In this document: positions 1-11,774 of the stretch, in pieces
Layout: every line of letters begins with the position of its first letter
How positions within the stretch are numbered: position 1 is the stretch's first letter
Made by a program: the position numbers and the translations under genes
The notes under the pieces: model-generated
Seen by the model: the letters and a program-made list of their open reading frames with translations, nothing else
What the model was told of the DNA's origin: nothing
Database searches by the model: none
DNA from: Marsupella aquatica
Taxonomy: Eukaryota; Plantae; Marchantiophyta
Length of the DNA stretch: 64,000 nucleotides
Reading direction: 5' to 3'
Assembly: GCA_973895155.1 (NCBI GenBank)
Contig: OZ316891.1
Coordinates: 10,107,875 to 10,171,874, forward strand

Positions 1-529
1 TTTCAATTGGTGGAACTTGGAAACTACGTTGGAGCTCCTAGCTGGCACGGATTGGGCGAAACGTGGCAAAGTGGAGAAAGATTGTAGCCAACCTTACCAA
101 TCCGTGTGGGCATCATTGCAGAGTAAACTTACAGAAATTGGCCGACACAAACGGGCCGGTTAGAACTTGAAATTCAGCAGAATCTATATGGCTAAGAGAA
201 GATTTGTGAAGGCTACAAAGCTTTGAGGTCGAAATAGCCATACTCATGGCCTCTTAATTTTTACTGAATGGACTGTAGATGGCCATCAACAAGCTCTTGT
301 AGGGAAAAACATAATGTGGGCGAATGCTACTGCTCCACAGGGCCCACGTTCTGATCCAGAGGTTTGATAGGTTTATGATCTAGCTTTACAAGGAAGAAGT
401 CGATTGGAATTCAGCACCGTTTTGCTATCATGTGAAGAATGAAATAAAGGCCTTTGCAGGCATTTGCACTGGTTGCTCTATTTGACAGGATAGCAGGCCC
501 GTCAATCTGGCATAGGTCCAAGACATGAG

Positions 530-3500
530 GATACATCACAGGCCCCAGATGCGGTTGCATCTCATAAGCTGCTGCTCTTTTGTGGAAACGATTATCTGGG
601 CCTGTCTGCTCATCCTGCAGTTTGTACTGCGGCGGCCAAGGTGAGTGTCAGAGTGAGAGTATGCAAACATAGGGATATATTGCTCTTCCGTTGTCCCAAC
701 TTCAGCTTGATGGTATATGCAGACTTAGCTATGATTCAATCTAGTGCAATGGATGTTGAAATAAATTAGATTCTTCTTTGTTGGACCTGGTTCGTCTTTT
801 GGATTAGTGTTTTGCCGGTGATAAGACATTTGGTATTCTGACACAAGAATGGCTGTCTTGTCCTACGTCTTTATACCGTTATTGAATGGGCAGTACTGGA
901 ATGTGGAATGGGACCGAGGGCTGCTGCACTTGTTTGTGGCTATACCCATCACCATTGTAATTAAGCTGGAGTCCGCCCTCGCAGAATTAAAACATACAGA
1001 AGTAAGTGCCTTAAGTAAATGGAAGAATGGTACATTTCAGTTCTTTTAGTAATAAACTGACTAAAGTCTGATCAGGGGGACAAATTCTGGGCCTTACCTG
1101 TTATCTTGTTTAGATTGAAGTGACTTGTGAGTAGAAACTAGTGTTGGAAGTTGGAAAAGAGAAGCCAATATTTGTGGGGGAGGAAAGAGAGAGCCTATGC
1201 ACAGAAAGACAATAATTAAAATTATAAAAGACAAAACCTTCTATATGATCCGCGAAGTAATTCATTGATGTTTGACAACGAGTTACATAACAGTATCTCA
1301 TTTACAAAGTATGCTCAACGTTCTTGTCATCGCAGAAGTGTTTATTATGTCCTACTGGCTTTGCCGCAAACATGGCAGTGATGACAGCCCTTGCTAGTGT
1401 CATAAAAGGAGGAATCACCGAAAAGGAGGGTTCTTTTGCTATCTTCTCAGATGCGTTGAATCATGCATCGATCATCAATGGTGTGCATCTTGCACAAAAG
1501 ACTGGTCGAGCTCAAGTCTACCTATACAGACACTCCGATATGGACCATTTGGAACAGCTTCTGTGAGTTTGGCTTTGCTATTCCTATCAGACCTATATGA
1601 GTAGTTTTGGAACCATGATAGCTGCAAGGGCACTTGAATCTTTTGGCTTTCACCATGGCCAAAGTCTCTCAACTGCCTGCTCTGAATTGGATAGGCTATT
1701 CCGGTTTGTTGGATTAACTTTTCAGGTCTAAACATAATTTTTTTAGATTCAACTCCTAAAACCTTCATCTTTGGACATGACAGGCTGCAGTGCAAGGAGG
1801 GTGGTCGTCACAGAAAGGTAGCATTTTTTTTTGCCTCATCTTGGAATCACAAGTCCAGGGCTTGTTGATCAGGGTACCTCAAGCAATGATTATTGTACAA
1901 CAAAAAAAACATCACTGAGCAAATTAGTAGTCAACTGGCTACCTCTCGCCATAAATGTACGCGGAGCTTCTTAGCGATTCATCAATCATAAGAAAAGGAG
2001 AGGGGCAAAGCAGCTATTTGGAATGGTGATGCGGAAAATGCAATGGTCTAGCAAATCCTTGAGGGGCTTACAGATTCAGTCGTGTTGGTCAGGGTAGCTC
2101 AAGTGGTGACTATTGAATAATTATGAATAAAATGCCCCTACTTTACAAAATGCATTTCTTCCAAATGAGCATTCCTACCGTAATTGATGAAGCTGAGAAG
2201 AGGAGAAACACATGTCTAAGCAATCAGCCTGGTATGACACCATTGGATGAAAAGTTCATTGAATTGATGGACATAATTTGGATGTTGCAGCCTCTTTAGG
2301 ATGGATGGAGACTTTGCCAAAATGACGGAGCTGGTTGTGCTCCGAAAAAAGTACAGCTTTTTACTAGTTGTTGATGACATAAGTATATATCATTCTCGAA
2401 TGGCATATTGAGATAGTGGTACGAATTTAGTAACTTTGAAATGACCTTGGTAGTCCACATAAAACAATCGTCTAAGAATTGTTTAGAACCTTCAAATTCA
2501 CTCTACATTTTTGCTTGCTGGATTCAATCACTTTATTTAAGACGTTTCATATCAATTGAAGACAATATCAGCTTTGTGTCGACACCACTAAACTAATACT
2601 CCGACCAAATTACTTGAAGTTTATCCTTTGTGTTGAAAGGTCCTTGCCAATAAGTACTTTCTCAATTCAGTGGTTGGTTGATCCTTTTGGAATCCAGGCA
2701 CATGGTACTTTGGTTTGTGGAGACAATGGGGGAGGTGTAGCTGAGGCATTTGGTGTTGAAAAGGACATTGATATTTGTGTGGGGCACCCTAAGCAAGGCT
2801 ATCGGCTGTCTAGGAGGCTTTATTGCCACAAGGTTCCCCTCTTTCTCATCCTGTCTTCTGTTGCAAGGGTTCTCAAAAGGGAAACTTCAACTTCACTTCG
2901 TAGCCATTGATAGTCTCTCAGTGAAACTTTCCATCAGCATGAGAATCAAAACCATTTATACTAAACCGTCTGAATTTTTTGTCCAGCCGACAGTGGAAAA
3001 AGTGGATTCAGTCGAGAGGTCGCTCATTCATATTCTCAACTGCCCTTCCAATACCAGTAGTTGCTGGTGCACATGGTAATCCTTATGACCTCTTCCACTT
3101 CCTTGCATAATGGTCGCCTCGGGCTGCTGTGAGACATTGCTTCTAAGACTTGCAGATGCTTCGTCATTACTCATAGACCGAACTTTAATTTTCCATTCTT
3201 CTGTTTCAGCGGCAACATTAGTTGCACAGGCAGAAAAATGGAGGCGCCTGGCTGTTTGGGACAAAGTTCAACAACTATCAATCGGACTTGGAGTGAAGTT
3301 CGTCAGCCCCAGTATTCCCATTGTCATTGGAGGCGCAGATGAATCTGATTTTGCCAGCAGGTGGAGTGTTTGTTTGCCTCTCTTGTGTTAGAAATCATTT
3401 CTCACATTGAGGTGAGGATGTTTTATTTTCGTGGTTTGCCCCTTTACCAGCCACTGAGGTTATGCATTGCATTTATTGCAGGGAGCTACTGAAGTCTGGG

Positions 3501-3783
3501 TTCCATGTCTTTGCTATCCGTCATCCGACTGTCAAGGAAGGTGCCTCAAGGTACTGGCACACCAGATAGTGGAATGGAAGATTTTATCCAATTTCATGGT
3601 TACTGTTTCTCGAGAACAGATGATGACTAACAATGAAATTCACTGTACTCCAGAACTAACTTCCCGTATCTTCTTGCAGACTTCGAATAACAGTATCAGC
3701 GGTTCACACAAAAGCAGACGTTGATGCTTTACTATCTGCGCTTCCCCTTTGGAGAAAGGAAAATCTCAATTTTTTCTAAATGA
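530..3783 (+). pseudogene. BIOF: 8-amino-7-oxononanoate synthase (BioF/KAPA synthase), multi-exon, apparently disabled; 5' end uncertain
   Basis: Exons read LLLFCGNDYLGLSAHP (to 640), GMGPRAAALVCGYT (~890-1000), CPTGFAANMAVM..FSDALNHASII (1336-1562), MDGDFA..LVVDD (2291-2378), AHGTLVCG..GTLSKAIGCLGGF (2698-2831), IQSRGRSFIFSTALP (2986-3075), and AIRHPTV/LRITVS (3482-3783). Frameshifts near 958 and 2782; the donor after VVDD reads ATAAGT instead of GTAAGT. Confidence 0.88.
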
Positions 3784-5061
3784 TGCGCCTTTACAATGGC
3801 TGGCTGCCCTCTTATTCACGTAAAAAGAATGCAGCAGGCGATAAGTTACAAGTTTTTTTGTCCCCAAAGCTCTAACTATTATTATTGTCACCGAGCGTTC
3901 ATCAGAAACCCAGGATGTACGACACGCAGAAGATCAACGCCTTGCGACTTCAATACGGTGCGGCACACAAAGGTTGTTGAGGGTGACGCAGCAAACTAGC
4001 CTGGCCACCTGAGGATATGTACATCTTTCGTCCAACACATGGGTGTTCATCTTTCTCTTATTTTTGACCAAAGACTCAGGAACATACCTTAAGCTAAATC
4101 TACATAGCCATACAACCAGAACATAAACAAAGACACATATAGTTCAAATCACCTGGTTTGTAGATCATAAATATATTGGTTTATGTTCTGGTCCGGAGCA
4201 CATTAACTGTAGATTTAACACACAATCAGGAACATTGTACATTGTGAGTGTAGACTAATTTCGAGGTGGGCAACTTTTCTACAATTTTTAGGTGTTCAAA
4301 ATCTCAGACCCCTTCTCAAAGAATATCCGATGCTCCGGTATCTTTTGGACATCTTCATACTTTCAATTGCATCACATATTGAAATGCAATTATCAAGCTT
4401 GACCGTTTGTAAGTAGAACATCGGCACTTAAATTCACCTTGTGTGTAAATTCACTTAAAATTCGTGTGTTACACTTGTCGTTTCTTTTGCATGTAGAACA
4501 GTCCGTGTTCAGAATTTGTTCACTAAATTGAGTCGTTGTGGGCGACAGTGCAGTGGGATCATCACCAAAACGATCTGTACAGTGAATGAAATATTTACAA
4601 GCATTGGCCTTATATTACAGTGGAGACTGCCTTATTGTCTGTACATCAAAGGGATGCATGGATTGGATGGAAGGGTGCCTGGAGTCCCCGTTGATGAAAC
4701 GAAAGTGAAGAAATTCCTCACTCTTCCCCTAGAAATTCTCCATACCGAGAGCACAATTCTCTACTATACCAATCTACGTTCTACTTACTACATTCCTCCA
4801 AAAAGAAACACTCATGAATGCTCAGCCTCCTAACACCGTCTGAAAGGGTGTCGTGCTCAGAGCCTCGGCATTCTAACAAAACTCCTAGGCTGCCCGGTTG
4901 AGCGATGGAGCACGGGCATTACCAGAAACTCCAATCAATGCTACTAACTGAGAGGTGGATGGCGTTTTTGATTTACCTTGTGGCCATCAATCCGTGTCCC
5001 TGTGAAGGCCGGCAGCAGGAGGGTAACAACCTTCCAAAAGAATTAGAAAAAATGGAAACAC

Positions 5062-5526
5062 TCACGCAGTAGTGCTGGACAAGTTGAAGCAGAGCTGTCT
5101 GGCCCCAAATTCGTTCTCAACCTCTCCCACGGTCCAGTTGCTGAAGAGATCTCTGCGCACCGCATGGCAGCGAGTCAGCCGAGGCTCAGTAAACACCATC
5201 CGATCCAATGAAACTTCTGGTTGTTGTCTCCCGAACGACGCCATTGATCCTCCTCTGTGCGACACTTTTGCTGACCGTGCAGCCGAATTCCTGAAGGTTC
5301 TTCCCCTCTCAACGCCATCAGGTGTGTGGTGCCGCTGACCGTCATTGTGTGAAGTGGTCTTGTTGTTGTGCTTCGAGAAGCACGCCGAGGCACCCCCGCA
5401 CCCTTCTTGCCCATCATCAGAGTGGACGGACCTCACAGACATGTTCTGCGTGCGGAACGAGTTGTCCATCCGAAATGAGTCAGTCGAATTATCCAATGCG
5501 TGACACGCCAGGCATGCCAAAGCCAT
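5062..5526 (-). CDS. Small single-exon plant protein of unknown function (154 aa)
   Basis: Intact ORF. N-terminal MxLACLxCH..SFR and C-terminal PRLxRxxAVRRDLxxNW resemble a conserved uncharacterised land-plant family (from recall). A GA-rich leader lies upstream. Confidence 0.7.
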   Translation of the reverse strand: MALACLACHALDNSTDSFRMDNSFRTQNMSVRSVHSDDGQEGCGGASACFSKHNNKTTSHNDGQRHHTPDGVERGRTFRNSAARSAKVSHRGGSMASFGRQQPEVSLDRMVFTEPRLTRCHAVRRDLFSNWTVGEVENEFGARQLCFNLSSTTA

Positions 5527-5809
5527 GATTGCGGATCGAAGAAGAGAAGGTCAGCTCAGCTCAGCTCAACTTCCAACGCACCCAACTCTTATCTGCAATC
5601 AACCGCAAGAGAAATCTTGAGATAAGCCATCCTCCAAAACATTCCGCATCCCAAATTCGCAGCACCCGTGTACCCAAAATGCCTACCCATCCCACCAAAA
5701 GGATCCCAAAAGCGAAAGAGAAGCTTTCAACAGAAAACGACGATACCCCATCCGCATCCCAACTTTGAGACACACATGTGACTTAAACCGCCACTGAAGT
5801 GTCCAACAA

Positions 5810-6012
5810 TTCTCCCTTTTTCACTTTCCTTAATTCTTCTCATTCTTCTCCTCTCCTCTTTGCATATGGCTCCTTTTTCACTTTCCTCTCCCTTTTTCAC
5901 TTTCCTCTCATTCTCTCACTTTCCTCTCCCTTTTTCACTTTCTTCTCATTCTCCATGTTACATATTGCTCCTTTTTTACTTTCTCATTCTCTCTCATTCT
6001 CCTTCTCTCCTG
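5810..6012. repeat. CT-rich degenerate tandem repeat (CCTTTTCACTTTCCTC-like units) upstream of the minus-strand gene
   Basis: At least 5 copies of ctttttcactttc visible. Confidence 0.75.
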
Positions 6013-6199
6013 TTCCATAATGCTGCTCCACAAATTCAGGAAAGGATACTATTTATGGTGTAACCAGGTCTTTGTCATGGCTAGTGGTGGGTTAAGAGAA
6101 AAGATGTTCCTACAAGCGATAGCTCCAATAATAAGTCTTGTCACCTTGTTCACTATGCCTGCTTCTTTGGACTACTGTAGCGGGTTTATAGAACTAGAT

Positions 6200-6330
6200 A
6201 TTAGGTGAGTTGGCTAGGGGATGAGCCTGGAACTCGAAGGTCGAGGTTCAATCCCCTCTCCACACACACACAGGGGTGTGGAGGGTATATGTGTGTGGTG
6301 GGATGAGTTTTGTGGATAGTGGATGGGAGT
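6200..6330 (+). mobile_element. Possible decayed tRNA-derived SINE head
   Basis: Box A-like GAGTTGG and box B-like GGTTCAATCCC followed by a CA/GT-rich body; no cloverleaf. Confidence 0.3.
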
Positions 6331-6639
6331 TCTGATTTTCTACTCGGCCCCTTGTTGTCTACTTTGTGGCCCTTCTTTAATCCTCTCTCCCTCCTGGTGT
6401 GGGTCCCTGTTGAATCGTGGGGGCTCACCCTGAAATGAGTTCCCTAAAATGAATGTAAGTCACTATTGGGGTGGGGAGAGATTACTAAGTGTTCTTCCCC
6501 ATTCCCGTTCAAGACAAAAACAAAAAAAAACTAATTATTAGAACATCCATCTTCCAGCCCATGCGAGTCTCTGAACCAGCTCAGCCTCAACTCCTGGTCC
6601 TCTGACAAAAATTGGTATGTAAGGTCACTAATGTGAATT

Positions 6640-7110
6640 CTCTCTAAGTGCATGCTCTTGGTAAGCCGGATCCGGCATGCACTAAACCGGAGTTGCATTC
6701 CTTGATAAGTGCACCCCCTCAAATGTGCACTTAACAATAAGTGTGCTTGATTTGAATTCCTTTGGTTAATTTAGAGCCCCTCTGGTAGTGAGTAGTCACC
6801 CTCATACCTGCCCTGATTCTGTGCCCGCCCTCCTTAATAAGTGCCTTCTATACTCTACTAAGAAGGGGCATGCATTTATCCGTAAATGCAATTTCATGAT
6901 TTTGTGCATTTACTGATAAGAGCATAGAGACACTTATCAAGGGTCAGCACTTGTAAAGTTGTTGTTTAGCGAATTAATTTTATCCCTGTGTGCGCTTACA
7001 AAAATAGTTTATCCGTAAGAAAAAAGGGAAGAACAAAAGAACAGGATAACCTGCACTAATCGAGGGTATGTAGTTTGGAGTGTGTGCTAAGAGAGAGCCT
7101 TCTGTACCTT
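6640..7110. repeat. MITE-like relic with dispersed TAAGTGCAC/GTGCACTTA motifs
   Basis: Many short motifs in both orientations (taagtgca, tgcactta, cttatc, gataag). Confidence 0.4.
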
Positions 7111-7409
7111 ATAACCTCATCCACACCCCTTGAAGGTTAAAGGCCTCTATCTGCAATAAGGACGACCCTCATGGAATCATAGCTTTTGTCAGAGAACAGT
7201 ATGTTGTCGGTGAATTCTGCATTCCACACTTACCTCCACTGGCTGAATGTTGTTGGCTCATGCTGATACGACCATGAAGCAAGCTTTCATAACGTTCAAG
7301 AGGCTCTCACAATTTTCTTCTTGACATTCTGCTCCTAATGCTATGAAACTGACCCCGTTCCATAAGAGTAACATGGTATGGGCATAAGGTTACACCCTCG
7401 GCCGCAATC

Positions 7410-7910
7410 ATCAATTTAGGGCGTCTCAAGGCTTTGAAATTATGGATGATGGCATTTGGCCATAGAGGAATGATAGTAAATTTTTCACAAGGTAATTTAT
7501 TACTTTGTTTTAATGGCATAAGATCAATACTTATGGACTATGAATTTGGTTAGTCCATAATTGATACGCCCTAAATTGGACTACTACTAAATTGGTACGC
7601 CCTAAATTGATAGTACATAATTTGATTACTAATTTGGTATGCCCTTATCTAACCCAATGAGATGGACCTTAACTCTCTAGTTATGGACACCCTAAATTGG
7701 ATGCCCTAAATTTAGTCCATATTTAGGACGTCCTAAATTGGTACACCCTAAATTACGGATTATCAATTTAGGTTATGAACACCCTAAATTATGAACTATC
7801 AATATAGGGTTATGGATGCTCTAAATGACTAAATTGGTACGCCGTAATCAAATTGGTAGTTTACATTTTTTGCGTCTATAACTTATAACTGGTAACTACA
7901 GTAGGGACTT
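7410..7910. repeat. Degenerate short tandem and inverted repeats (CCCTAAATT(G)G / AATTTAGGG), transposon subterminal-like
   Basis: More than 10 copies of the ccctaaatt core in both orientations. Confidence 0.65.
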
Positions 7911-9479
7911 AATTAAGGTACATCAAATCGTTAGCTGTGAGACACCCTTTTAATTAAATGGGGAAGTTGAGATTTCAGCGAATCATTCTTCAGCGCGCCC
8001 CTACCGGTCTCTACCACAGTGTCATCATCCTTCACGCACGGTGCCACCGACTCCCCGCCCACTGACGGTGCAAGAAAATATACGGCCAAGATGTACTCCT
8101 CAACTCAGCAGCAGAGAAGAGGCCGTTCGATTGGGCGCTTTGTCCTGTATCTGTTGCTTCAGAAACTGAATCTGCCCCGAGGACACGTGCCAATCCCAGA
8201 CAGATCACAGCTGATTGCTGAAGAGTGCGGTCCCGATGCCCCCCCTAGTTCGGTGGCTAACAGGGGCCGTGGGATTCCCCGGCCCACCGGATCTTTCTTC
8301 GAACTTCTGCAGCGCGGATTTGCATGTGGTGCGAGAGAGACCGTTTCCGTACACTGTACTGGGGTGACCTGGCGGGCCCAACTGCCCCAGAAAGAAAGCG
8401 TTTGAGAGCGTGCGTTTTTTCCTCCGTTGGCTAAATCTACATCTACACTAGAGATATTAATTTGGAATGACTGTAATGAACTCTTGCCAGCTTTTGACAC
8501 TAAAAGAAACGTTGAGATTTGGAATTGAACGAAACATATTTACTTTTTCCACTAAAACAAACAGGCCAACATATTTACTTTTTCCACTAAAACAAACGTT
8601 GGCCTGTTATCTTCTTATCTGAAATTTATTGTCACTGGCAAAATTTTGCTAGTTTTTTGGACTTCCATTAGGGCGATCCAAACCTGCCCAACACTGTTTT
8701 TGGTGGTGTCCACAGAGTGAGAAGTGCGACTCACTGGAATGAGTGTGTGGGGGGTGGGCATGGGAAACTAGCTTTGGTGGGTTCCTTGCTTTGACTGGGG
8801 GTTGGAAGACTCAAATGTGGGTGAATAGCGTGAACTGACTTGGTTACCAGTGAGTTATGGTTAGTGGCTGAGTGTTGATACCAAGAATGGTCACTTTACT
8901 GCCTGAAGACACTATGGGAACCAAAAATATCGCCCAACAAGCTCTCCATCATGGCCCTCATTGCCGAGTTTTGGCTGCTGGGAAAAGGGCCAGTTGGGCA
9001 GGTTTGAGATGCCCTATGAGGATGTGTGAAAGCAATGCCACTCTTATTTTCCCTTCCAACACTTTTTGGTCTGGTCCTGGTTTCAAAACTCAGTGCTATG
9101 CATCCTGGACCCCTACAAGGAGCTGCAAATGTTTATTTCCATATAGTATTGTCTCTAAACCCTCAAAAGATTGAAATGGATGCAACTAATAATTGACTTT
9201 AAAACAACTCAGGGGTAGTTCATGTATGGTGACTACTGATCCTACATCGTGGCAAGCAGTGGGCCGAAGCAAATGCTGATTGGAGTGCTTATTTTGTCTA
9301 TAATTTTAGATCACCTCTACAGGTGGTCTAAAATTTCTTAAACTTTGGTTCTTCCATTCAAGGGATTTGCATGTATTGATCTTCATGTGTGGTCCCGAAT
9401 CCATATTTAGAACAAGAAGCGGTCCTCCAGTCTGTTTGTTTTGGTGAAAAAAGTCACAAGGCCCCCCCAGTCCCCCACG

Positions 9480-10620
9480 TCTTGTAAAGCCACCATGACT
9501 TGCAGATGGGTGACCCAAGAACAACATGGAGAAGAATAAATTAGGGAATGACAAACCTGAAATTGATGCAAAAATCACACCTATAGAAAACAGTTGTTGT
9601 GAGCTGTTTGCCGGAAGGCCCGTGTAGGGGAGTATGGATCCTTGAACAAAGCATCGACAGTGAAGCGTGGTTAGATATGTGTTGTGCTTTGTTTGGTCAT
9701 AGATATATTTGACAAACTTTGATGAATCAAGCACTTCTTTGCTCGTTTGAAAGCTGATTAGTTTGTGCTTCAAATAAGAGCCATAGCTGGTAGTCAGAGA
9801 TTCAGCATTTGCATAGAATTTGTCATTGCAAGCTGCTCTCAGGAAACCTGCACTAGATGTTTGTGTGACAGGTTTCATTGACGGAACTCAGATTCAAGCT
9901 TTCTGAAGACATAAATTTTTCCCATCACTTTGCTCGATGGGTTTTCCATCCAGGCTTGACATGCATAGCTTTAACATGCCATAATTAATTGTAGTTGTGT
10001 CCCGGACCCCAAAAAGTTTGGGCACTTGAAACTTTTTTGCATCAAAGACAATTCTTGTAGTAAGAATCTGGACCAAAGATCTTTAAATTGGAACTTTAAT
10101 AAATGCTAACCTCTTTGAATGAAAGAGTCAAAGTTTGGAAATGTTTGGACCACCATCCTGAGGTGTTCCAAGATTCATTCAGGTACACGGTTTCAAGGAA
10201 CTTATCTTTATTGGTCCCTTGGGTCCCACCTTTAGATATTGCCGACCTGCCTATCTCCATTTAGGTGAAGAGAGGGTGGCCTCCAATTTTTTCAAGTACA
10301 GTCTTTTCTGTGCAAACTACTTTGTGAACCCCACCTAGAGATAGGGGTGTCTGCAAAAGTTGAAGCTTGTACTCAGAACTTAATTTTTGTTGGACTACGC
10401 TTGCTTGAACCACTAATGTTGAGCAAACTCTGTACTTATGTGGATCCACACACCGTAGGTAGCATTCGGAAATGTTAACTAAGACAAACACCCTTATGTC
10501 TTCACATTTGGTGTGAGATGGGCAGTGCAAAATAATGGGTTGCATTATATGGTAGGATCCAATCAGCAGCAATAAAAGAGTTTCTTAGAAACTCTCATCT
10601 AGAATTTGAATTCTAGACAG
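9480..10620 (-). mobile_element. Highly decayed Ty3/gypsy pol remnant (RT-RNase H)
   Basis: Minus strand near 10130-10230 reads T.KDKF....(L)..G...F..L, resembling gypsy RT 'TxKDKFPxPxIDELLDxLxGAxxFSKLDL'. The 9700-9878 segment resembles RNase H 'PVA..S..L...Y...E.L...YL'. Confidence 0.4.
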
Positions 10621-11199
10621 AATAAGCACTCCCTATATTGGTACTTAACTCTAGCACCTGGCTATGTTAACTAGGGCACAGACCCACAGATTAAACACAG
10701 TTAAGAGTTGGTGAGGTTAGACTAGTGGAGAGGGGGGTATAACTTTGTGAGAGCACTTCATTGTGCTCATACTCGGAGAGAGAGAGATTTAATATCCATA
10801 TGAGGATACAGATAAACACCCCGAGATAAGTCAAGACTTATTGTAACCCATCTGACATTTCATAGATAAACTCAGGCATATCAGATTTCTCACAGCAGTG
10901 TATACCTTATTGTGCACATCGATGATATGTGAAAAATAGTACAGTCCTTAGCACACTGCTACCGCAGGTTTACTATAACCAGATCAATTGCATAACGGAT
11001 ACGATGAAGCATAGTGATACCTTTCAATCATCAATCCATAGACCAGTTCAAAAGTTTATTCATGACATCACTTAGCATTAGGCAAGCATCGATCGTGCAT
11101 AGACTGCATAAATATCACATATAAATAGCATATAATAGAAGCAACATCAATCCAGGAAATCTAAGTTTCGCTTATGGCATATGTTCCGTGGCTGTTATC

Positions 11200-11584
11200 T
11201 GTTGAGCATAGACGACAATCGCAACGGCAAGCCCATGAACCATCCAACGCACAATAGTCGACACAAGAGATACGTGGTTCACCTCCTTGAGGCTACGTCC
11301 ACGGGAACACACAAGAGAGCTTTACTGAACTCTAAGCCCGTCGGCTATACCGAGTCTCCACAGTGTAAGCTCTCCCTATCTCTCAAGTGGCTCCATAACA
11401 ATGAGCCTTGGTTCTACCTCTCCAAGCACACATGCCTCTTATGATATAGTGTGCAATTTAGTTGTACCTAACCACATAGTTGTACCTAATCACGTAGTTG
11501 TACCTAACCAAATAGTTGTACCAACCCACGTTGTTGTACCAACCACGTCATACCTAACCTAGACGTAAGAGTAAATACCCAACA
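11200..11584 (-). repeat. 3' LTR of the copia element (385 bp)
   Basis: Near-identical to 17222-17624; contains an 18-bp tandem array (TAGTTGTACCTAACCACA-like). Confidence 0.97.
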
Positions 11585-11595
11585 ATCTTCCCCTT
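11585..11595 (-). other. Polypurine tract
   Basis: AAGGGGAAGAT on the minus strand abuts the 3' LTR. Confidence 0.85.
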
Positions 11596-11774
11596 GACTC
11601 TGGTCTAGGGGAGAGTAATACTGCCAATGTATATGATCCCTCAGCGGGAAGTTCTGGACAAAAACCAAACCGGTTTCCCTCTCTAACTAGAGCAAACCAG
11701 AACTAAGTCGTAGCCTAATACATAGGAATGAGGAAGAGCATATATCAGTAATTACAATGAATGTTAAGAAAACT

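Noticed and set aside
7410-7910. Interstitial telomeric repeat (CCCTAAA)
   Set aside because: CCCTAAA occurs only as part of longer non-adjacent units, not as tandem heptamers.
8019-8500. GC-rich overlapping ORFs
   Set aside because: No recognisable domain or splice pattern; likely a TE-internal or promoter relic.
11181-11444. ORF duplicated at 17221-17466
   Set aside because: Chance ORF inside the two LTR copies.
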